Below are positions 62,551-64,000 of a stretch of DNA of 64,000 bases, in pieces. Both the position numbers and the translations under genes were made by a program. Position 1 is the stretch's first letter. Every line of letters starts with the position of its first letter. Source of the DNA: Octopus vulgaris (lineage: Eukaryota); contig OX597825.1 in the NCBI GenBank assembly GCA_951406725.2, positions 41,850,001-41,914,000 on the forward strand. Direction: 5' to 3'. The notes beneath the pieces were generated by a model. The model searched no databases. It worked only from the letters and a program-made list of their open reading frames with translations, and was not told the origin of the DNA.

Positions 62551-64000
62551 GAAGAAAAGCAGACTTTCAAACTAAACAGATCTTTTTATAGTTAGAGATT
62601 CATAGCAAATTTTCTGGTTCACTTATTTGTTCATTCCATAGCATCTTTATAAACTCAGTTGGCTATAAAAGGACTGCTGCGATACCCAACTTTTGAAGTA
62701 CAAATGTAAAGCTGACCATGGGAAAAGATGGTATGTCAAACCCAGTTCAATGACTTTCAATGATTGCTTATGAAACTCCATTAACTGTGGAGCATCGTAT
62801 TTGTTCCAGTGAATCCTGTATTATTCATTCTGAAGTTTGGGAGAATCTAAGTTACAAAACAGTATTAATGGTGCTCCAAGTTTCAACAGCAAATTCTATG
62901 GAGGGCTTCTGCTAGTTCAAAGCTATCAGATAACTCGGTTCAGGGAAATGAATTTGTCCACTGATTTATTGCATCTTTTCTCACTGAGGTGCATCTCTAG
63001 TAAACTTCTGTCAACATCTCCTATAGCCACAATTTTGCTGCTAAGATTGCTTGCTTACAGAATCCTTTTATTTAGGATCCTTTTATCATATTTGACCATT
63101 TGGAAAGGTTGTGGCTTTTGGTTTCTGTTCTGTTTGAAATGACAACTAAATTCAGTCACCAAGGTTCCTCTCAAGAAATTCATTCCCCTTCTAAGTAGCT
63201 GCGTAGAAAACTCAACAGTCAGTATTATCACTATTGAAGTATGGTCAATTATTACTAGTAAAGTGTTTTAAGTAGGTTTTGATCTAATCAGCTCAGATTC
63301 CTCAAAGAATAACAGTAAGGACTTGTCTTAAATTACCAGCATGACCTATGTTCATTTGCTCCTTGTATTACCTATGTGTTTTCTTTCAGATCTTGTATTG
63401 TCAGTTCTAAGACTTCAACAACTTGATGGCAATTTACGCTGGCTTCATCCCTCATGATCAATTTGTATCTTTGCTGAAGTTTGGCATTGGCTGACTTCTT
63501 AGCACATATATATGTTTCTGAGATGAGGAATTAATATTAGGTACTAGTTGGAGTGGTGTCCTCATCTTGATTGTTGCTTTTAGCTGGACTAATACATAAT
63601 ACAAAAATCCCACATCTCAGAAATATATGACTGTGTTATGCAATTGGAAAGGAATAGACATAAAACATCAATGGAGTTTTATAAGCTTTCACAATTCCCT
63701 CTGACACAGTCTATGGGCTTAGTGTAGTGCATAAAAGTGCTTGATAGTGGAATGCTGTCACCTAGAGATTCTGAGTTTAATCCTGGGTTCACTAAGGTGA
63801 ATCACAAGACACTTGATGAAGGCTAGAGTGTACACAATCAAAATATAGTGAAAGCAACAACCAAGATAGAGACACCACTCCAACTAATACATAACTTCTT
63901 AATGTTTCACAAGGGTTGGTCATGTTATATAAGATCTAAGAATAGCTTTAACATATGCCACAATGATACTGCAAGAGTGATATGCAGGCCTAAGTGAACT

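Noticed and set aside
187-63142. Numerous short ORFs rich in YI, CV, HT, LS, poly-F or poly-K
   Set aside because: Translations of TA, TG, CA, GA and TTC microsatellites or antisense frames of transposon relics; not genes.
62560-63500. More GC-balanced stretch with a 101-aa ORF as a possible host exon
   Set aside because: No recognisable protein, stops in the other frames examined, no convincing splice-site pair.

Overview
Eukaryotic, AT-rich, CpG-poor, repeat-saturated DNA with no recognisable intact host protein-coding gene; it reads as intronic or intergenic. The mix of tRNA-derived SINEs with Nin/Deu-like and CORE-like cores, RTE-tail repeats and dense TA/CA/ATC microsatellites suggests a coleoid cephalopod, probably Octopus (inference from recognition, not a search). 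Almost every ORF in the supplied track is microsatellite noise or a decayed transposon fragment: RTE LINEs, one CR1/L2-group LINE split by a Mutator-like element, several mariner/Tc1 relics, two head-to-tail non-autonomous Helitrons, Penelope-like (GIY-YIG) elements and a 5S-rRNA-derived sequence. The most interesting signal is non-coding. About nine to ten minimal type-I hammerhead-ribozyme (HHR) motifs, from several families that look unrelated, lie in short elements, most abutting (TA)n tracts and several with long inverted arms. They include a variant with the C3-G8 core pair swapped to G3-C8 in a ~204-nt terminally redundant unit (4038-4252) and a family with a non-A base at core position 6. 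Separately, there is a perfect 88-bp foldback at 40820-41016. All structures were folded by eye, and boundaries of degenerate repeats are approximate.
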